Positions 59,985 to 64,000 of a DNA stretch of 64,000 nt are shown one piece after another. How positions within the stretch are numbered: position 1 is the first letter of the stretch; each line of letters begins with the position of its first letter. A program made the translations under genes and the position numbers. The notes beneath the pieces were generated by a model. It was not told where the DNA came from. It ran no database searches and was given only the letters and a program-made list of their open reading frames with translations. This DNA is from Eledone cirrhosa. Taxonomy: Eukaryota. The stretch lies in NCBI GenBank assembly GCA_964016885.1, contig OZ024741.1, forward strand, positions 382,540,001 through 382,604,000, written 5' to 3'.

Positions 59985-60800
59985 TTCGCACTACATGGCT
60001 GAATACAATAAATGTAATCTGAGTTTTTCGAATATTAATAACTTTCGATTCGTTTGCAATTATACAAACAAGCCTCAATTTTATAGCCATGTCAGTAGAA
60101 TGAACACTTCATTCTTGCTCTTGTGTTGGTATGCGAACAGAACTGCAGACACTAATGTTTCTGGATATCACCCTTCATCAGTACAGCTCACTATTCACCT
60201 GCTAAACTGTCATAGCTAGTGAAAATATATGCTATTTCCAAAAATACACAGTGACTGATAGGCCTGATTTGCATATTAGCACACTGGTTGCTAAGTCAGA
60301 TCTGCATATTAGCAGATCCACTGATCAGCCACATGTGCATATCAGCAGACTGGCCAGTCATTTTCCTGTATACGATATATGGCCGGCTTTGCCAAATTCA
60401 AATAAAAAAAAAAATTTCGCTTTACAAGGCTGAATACAATAAATGTAATCTGAGTGTTTCGAATATTAATAATAACATTGGATTTGTTTGCAATTATGCA
60501 AACAGGCCTCAATTTTATAGCCATGTCAGTAGACTGAAAACTTCATTCTTGCTCTTGTGTTGGCATGCGAACAGAACTGCAGACAGTAATGTTTCTGGGT
60601 ATCACCCTTCATCAGTATAACTCACTGTTCACCTGCCAAACTGTCAGAGTTAGTGAACATTAGTGTCTGCAGTTCTGTTCGCATGACAACACAAGAGCAA
60701 GAATGAAGTGTTCATCTACTGACATGGCTATAAAATTGAGGCGTGTTTGCATAATTGCAAACAAATCGAAAGTTATTATTAATATTGGAAAAACTCAGAT
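59985..60800 (-). repeat. Two direct ~240-bp repeats (59985-60222, 60415-60656) plus an inverted partial copy (60657-60800); pseudo-LTR-like
   Basis: gctgaatacaataaatgtaatctgag at ~59998 and ~60430; each unit carries a minus-strand CTGATGA-hairpin-GAAA. Confidence 0.85.
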
Positions 60801-61429
60801 TATATATATACATACATATAAATATTTGCAAATGGAATAAGGTTTTATACAAAACAGAAGTTATAGAGAAAAAAAAAACGGAACTGGAAATAGCACGGAA
60901 TATATATTTAAGGATCTGTTCTTTTTCTTCTTTGATTCGTCAAAGTGACAGTATTGAAAATATGGGGAAAACAATTCTTTTTTTAAAAAAAAGAGTTTTA
61001 TAATGTATATAAGATATATAAAAAATAATAGGTTTCGATGTATCAGTGTAAACCATCTTATCAAATGTTGAATATTACAATTAAAAAGAATTGAACAGAA
61101 TTAAAAATTAAAAATTTAGATTTAAGTGTTGAAGCGTTCTGTTCATCTTTCTTGTTGACAAAAATAAAAGTAAAAAAGAAAAACAGATCCTTAAATACAT
61201 TTTCCGTGCTATTTCCAATTCCTCTCTCTCTGTCTCCTTATATATAAGTTAGAAATACATCGACGATTGTCCTTCTTGCTTCTGTTGGACACCACCAGTG
61301 GGTCTCAGCCCCGGTGTTTTGTATATCTACGGCTTTCTAAATGTTTACATATAAGCATTCTTTAGAAATATGAAATTCCGAAACATATCTGTATACAGCT
61401 ATGCATGAAGATTAATCCTAATTCCATTC

Positions 61430-61490
<61 letters not shown>

Positions 61491-61491
<1 letters not shown>

Positions 61492-61994
61492 AAGAGAGAA
61501 GAAACATTTAGATATAATTAGTAATAAAATATATCATACCTAAACTGCTCCTAGATTCCTCGACTACGTAGTTTCGTGGCATAAACAAAAACAATACATC
61601 ATAAAGATATAGAGTCCTGGCGAGGTCTGCCGACTTATCAAGAGGATACCTCATTTTACTAGTCTCAAGAACGCGTCTACACGACTACCCCCTCCGCCTC
61701 CGTGGTATTTTCTTCGGGGTTATAAGAGGCTTAGCTCTGTTTCTCGACCGTTATATCGCGTCACTATCTCCCCCTCCGCCTTTTGGGATTCTTTCTCACG
61801 TCGTGTAGACGCGTTCTTGAGACTAGTAAAATGAGGTATCCTCTTGATAAGTCGGCAGACCTCGCAAGGACTCTATATCTTTATGATGTATTGTTTTTGT
61901 TTATGCCACGAAACTACGTAGTCGAGGAATCTAGGAGCAGTTTAGGTATGATACATTTTATTACTAATTATATCTAAATGTTTCTTCTCTCTTC
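61491..61994. repeat. Inverted repeat (61491-61685 / 61800-61994); each arm carries an HHR
   Basis: Near-identical ~195-bp arms; the left arm abuts (TA)n. Confidence 0.95.
61839..61928 (+). ncRNA. Type I hammerhead motif with U3-A8 core (mirror copy on the minus strand at 61557-61646)
   Basis: tcctc-TTGATAA-gtcggca...tgccac-GAAA-ctacgtag (palindromic stem III)-TC-gagga. Confidence 0.72.
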
Positions 61995-62193
61995 ATAATG
62001 TATTTTTAACTCTGATACTGGTTCAGTCTAGTTCAACCGGATTGGTCTGTCCCAGTCATTCATTGAGCAACATCGGTGAAGTTGGCACCCTTAACTCACG
62101 GTTGGGTGCGGATGCATTCATGTATATGTGTGTGTCCGCATGTATCTGTGTGTTTCTAAATATATTGTTATATATATATATATATATATATAT

Positions 62194-62691
62194 AACGAAG
62201 GAAATGTGGTAACGAACCAGGTGGACCAGAATTAGCCGTCGAAACGGCTTGAGCTCAGCCGTCGGGGTCTTACCTGTTCCTATATATATATATATATAGG
62301 AAAAAGTATGACCCCGACAGCAGAGCTCAAGCCGTTTCGACGGCTATTTCTGGACTATTTAGTCCAGAAATGGCCGTCGAAACGGCTTGAGCTCTGCCGT
62401 CGGGGTCATACTTTTTCCTATTTCCCACTCTACTACCCTAAATATTGAGTACTTTGGTGCGTTATGGTCCATCTGATTCCTTACCACACTTCCTCCTTCG
62501 TTATATATATATTTAACAAAGGATTTGTGGTAACCAGATGGACAATAACGCACCAGAATACTCAATACTTAGGTTAGTAGAGTGGGTAATAGGAAAAAGT
62601 TTGACCCCGACTGCAGAGCTCAAGCCCTTTCGACGGCTATTTGAAATAGCCGTCGAAACGACTTGAGCTCTGCCGTCGGGGTCAAACTTTT
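62194..62691. mobile_element. Cluster of three family B fold-back elements (62194-62283 internally deleted; 62297-62503; 62516-62691)
   Basis: Repeated gccgtcgaaacggcttgagctc.gccgtcggggtc in both orientations, separated by short (TA)n. Confidence 0.88.
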
Positions 62692-63139
62692 TACTACACA
62701 CATACATATATATATGTATGTGTGTGTGTATGTGCGTGTGTGTATGTGTTTGTGTGTGTCTGTATATATATATTTATGTTTTTGTGAACTAGTGTCTCTT
62801 TGTAGTATTTGTTTTTGAGAGAACATTATAACACATGACAGGCGTGTCCTTAACCGCACCTACATACATTTATTATCATAGTGATTGTTCTAATTTCGTT
62901 ACTTATTTCTCAACAAACTTGATACTCTCATTGCTAGTATATAGCAAAATTGTAAGATATTGCGCTACCATTGTTATCTATTTAATTGAATAGAAGGATA
63001 TATTAATGCATTCCGAAGTACATACTCGCAGGCCATACAATATAAATATTGAAAACCAAATATGGTATGATTATTTCTAGATTGCAATTATGTGTTTTGC
63101 TTATGTTACAACTAACGACTTTAATTATTTAGTAATCCG

Positions 63140-63508
63140 AGGGCGGTAAATTGGCAGTATCGGTAGAGGGTCGGACGCCATGCATTGCCGCATAGAGTTA
63201 CGGCCTTCTATGATGTGAGTTCAAATCCCGCCGAGGTTAACTTTGTCTTTCATCCTTACGTGGTCGATCAAATAAAGCACGAGCAATGCACGGGGGTCGG
63301 TGTAATCGACTACCCATCTCCCCCAATATGGCTGACCTTGTGCCGAATGTAACAAATAATCATTTAGTAACCTCAGCTGGATCTGATCTGAGTTCACATC
63401 CCGCCGAGGCTAACTTTGTCATTCATCCTTACGGTAGTCGATAAAATAAAGCACCAGTAATGCACTGAGATAATTTCTGGCCTTCTGCCAAAGGAAGAAA
63501 CAATTATT
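63140..63508 (+). mobile_element. tRNA-SINE family 1: full copy (63140-63360) plus partial copy (63384-63508)
   Basis: gggcggtaaattggcag head, gagttcaaatcccgccgagg, core and tail. Confidence 0.85.
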
Positions 63509-64000
63509 TAGTAAGCTGAATTAAGAACGTCATTGAAATATAAGAGTATTTTATACTTGTTATATATGCTTGTTATATATGCTGCCCTTAGTTTAATATG
63601 TGTTTTTATTCACCGATATGTTTACCTCTAACATTAAGGTAGTTTGGTTGTATAGGTTTTTAACTAATAACTATTAATAGAAATCAAAGAAAATGTTCAA
63701 TATTCTGGCATGCACATACTAATAACACATAGTGATATATCATATAAGATAAAGAGAGAGGGGGGCATATCTCATATTCAACATATGCACTAATATGCTA
63801 CAAATACTTTCACTGGGAAACATTATCTCCATGAAAAGTCTACGAAAATACACGAAGAGAATGCATTGTAAGCGTGATCCATCATTACAGCATAGAAATA
63901 GAAATTTAACATTTATAAACTGACTATTAGTTTGGGATTCAGAAGTAGGAGTATGAAAATATAAATTTAACTCACATATCATGTGACAAACTATTAATTG

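Noticed and set aside
62194-62691. CRISPR-like or REP-like repeated palindromes
   Set aside because: No regular repeat-spacer period, no cas genes, eukaryotic context; explained as family B fold-back elements

Overview
AT-rich, microsatellite-saturated eukaryotic (animal) DNA. The SINEs and repeat landscape suggest an octopus-type cephalopod, which is an inference. I can support no host gene. Almost all recognisable content is transposon-derived: three long and several short Penelope-like elements (PLEs; RT plus C-terminal GIY-YIG), a decayed Helitron with an intact 3' hairpin/CTAG end, a near full-length R4/Dong-type RLE retrotransposon abutting (TAA)n, CRE-like and other LINE relics, and about 10 tRNA-SINE copies. 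Two things stand out. (1) There are at least seven sequence-unrelated families of type I hammerhead-ribozyme (HHR) motifs, several with non-canonical cores repeated across copies (CAGAAGA, CGGANGA, UUGAUAA). (2) There are more than a dozen fold-back or inverted duplications beside (TA)n tracts; several pivot at or inside HHR stems, and their two arms share copy-specific variants. This suggests ribozyme-hairpin-directed snap-back during PLE reverse transcription. All structures were read by eye; no folding or database search was run.
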